A stretch of DNA of 64,000 bases, taken from NCBI GenBank assembly GCA_963806855.1, contig CAWDYW010000001.1, positions 320,001 to 384,000 of the forward strand, read 5' to 3'. This document shows, one piece after another, positions 62,726 through 64,000 of the stretch. The notes under the pieces are model-generated. The model was not told where the DNA came from, made no database searches, and saw only the letters and a list, made by a program, of their open reading frames with translations. The stretch is from an uncultured Verrucomicrobiae bacterium (GTDB lineage Bacteria > Chlamydiota > Chlamydiia > Chlamydiales > Rhabdochlamydiaceae). The first letter of the stretch is position 1. Each line of letters begins with the position of its first letter. The translations under genes were made by a program, and so were the position numbers.

Positions 62726-63227
62726 CTTTTTTATCCATTAATTCTTTAATCTGATCGCGCAGCCACGCCGCTTCTTCGTAGTTTTCCCGTTGCAGAGCAT
62801 CATTAAGCGCTTCGTTGAGGGCGGTAAGACGGCTCGAAGCGGGGATGCTGGCCGGTTTATCGGGTGTCTTCCCAATGTGGAGCGGCTGATTGCGGCGCAC
62901 ATTCTGCATCTGGGCGGGGATTTTATCTTCTGCGATTAGCTCTTGAATGAGCTGATCGCCGAAGACGGTATAGCACTCTCTGCAGCCCATTGGATTGCCC
63001 ATTTTGACCGCTTCCAAGGGGGTGTGGCAATGCCCGCAGAATAGGCCAGCACCCAAGCGCTCTTTATTTTCCGCAGCAAGTTCAGGGGTATCGCCATGCA
63101 ATTTTTTAAAGAGAATGGGGCAGTCGGCGCACATCTCTGTGACTGTAATCGTTTTGCCTACAATCTCCTTATAAATTACCTTTGCCGGTTTTTTACATTG
63201 CCCGCATTCATCAGGCCTCTCAGTCAT
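62709..63227 (-). CDS. mcsA: McsA (CxxC x4 + UVR domain)
   Basis: CGQC, CADC, CGHC, GCRECY; ENYEEAAWLRDQI. Confidence 0.92.
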   Translation of the reverse strand: MTERPDECGQCKKPAKVIYKEIVGKTITVTEMCADCPILFKKLHGDTPELAAENKERLGAGLFCGHCHTPLEAVKMGNPMGCRECYTVFGDQLIQELIAEDKIPAQMQNVRRNQPLHIGKTPDKPASIPASSRLTALNEALNDALQRENYEEAAWLRDQIKELMDKKDEQQP

Positions 63228-63364
63228 AGCAATCCCTCATTTAATCGCATACTAGAAAGACCCGCATTAAATGTAAACCTGTTACACAGCAATTCGTGCC
63301 CGTGCCCGTGCCCGAAATTTACGCATTGCTTGATTGAAATGGCCTGCCGATCTATATAGGGGAT

Positions 63365-63667
63365 ATGAGGGTAATTTGTATTTTATTGCTGTTATGCTCT
63401 ATTTGCTGTGCTGCGCCAAAACATCGGCGCAATAGCGAGGCACTGTCGAGTAGAGATAAGGAGTTTGCTGAGAAATTGTCTGCGCGCCATCGAAGAATTT
63501 TCTGCGGGCAATTCAATCAGACTCAACGAGATGAAACTGTCAAATATGCACGCGGTATCGGCCAAGATAAATGCCGCACCCCTGATGAGGCTGTCCTCAA
63601 GGTAATGGAAGATGAGGGTTTGTCCTTAGCTTTCAAGGGACGCCCAGATTCCAAAAAGACTGAATAG
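63365..63667 (+). CDS. Secreted hypothetical protein
   Basis: Signal peptide, 100 aa. Confidence 0.55.
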   Translation: MRVICILLLLCSICCAAPKHRRNSEALSSRDKEFAEKLSARHRRIFCGQFNQTQRDETVKYARGIGQDKCRTPDEAVLKVMEDEGLSLAFKGRPDSKKTE

Positions 63668-63676
63668 GAGAAGTCA

Positions 63677-63832
63677 ATGTTAGGTACAGTTTTAATTATT
63701 TTGTTAATTCTTTTATTAATCGGAGCGCTTCCTCGCTGGGGTTATAGCTCGGGCTGGGGATATGGTCCAACTGGGATTTTAGGCCTGGTCCTCATCGTCA
63801 TCGTCATTCTACTCTTATTGGGAAAAATCTAA
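63677..63832 (+). CDS. DUF3309-family small membrane protein (51 aa, below the ORF cutoff)
   Basis: MLGTVLIILLILLLIGALPRWGYSSGWGYGPTG..; AGGAG RBS. Confidence 0.85.
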   Translation: MLGTVLIILLILLLIGALPRWGYSSGWGYGPTGILGLVLIVIVILLLLGKI

Positions 63833-64000
63833 CTTTTTGTTAGCGCACTTTGCATCACAGGATATGTGAAGCAGATGAAATGGATGAGATTGAACACCCA
63901 GTGACAGAGGATGCTTGCCTCTAGAGCTCGGGTATATTGGTAGATTGTGCCGTAGATTAGTCCTGCCAGGAAAACGAGGGCTAGGAAGGGGATGCTTGCT

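Noticed and set aside
63295..63314. (CGTGCC)x3 tandem
   Set aside because: Too short and single in the window; no function can be supported.

Overview
This window looks like a chromosome segment from an environmental Chlamydiae-like bacterium. The core genes are pbp2, tRNA-Gly, rpsB-tsf-pyrH-frr, tRNA-Glu/Lys, ispD and mcsA/mcsB, and they are flanked by AT-richer accessory DNA. 1-9.4 kb: end of a biosynthetic-type cluster (thioesterase, three methyltransferases, a MIO ammonia-lyase) plus a coupled NUDIX / NDT-fold / SAH-hydrolase-like operon. 10-15 kb: a putative hydrolase toxin-immunity pair with an unannotated orphan immunity paralog. 17-25 kb: an autotransporter whose 3' end is repeated twice downstream (155 bp with 4 synonymous-only differences, and a 65-bp degenerate copy); the copies delimit AT-rich cargo blocks, which suggests serial cassette accretion at a protein-coding gene end. 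32.1-42.5 kb: a ~10.4-kb integrase/helicase satellite-like island in tRNA-Lys (56-bp att repeat, arm sites, iterons). It is followed by what looks like an older island that ends in a degenerate att near 49.2 kb and carries an OTU-type effector. Also present: an IS1202-type IS with a 16-bp TSD and two unrelated ~168-bp palindromic elements. The essential genes tsf, pyrH and frr carry frameshifts, so many apparent pseudogenes here may be assembly indels. All family assignments come from motif recognition by eye; no searches were run.
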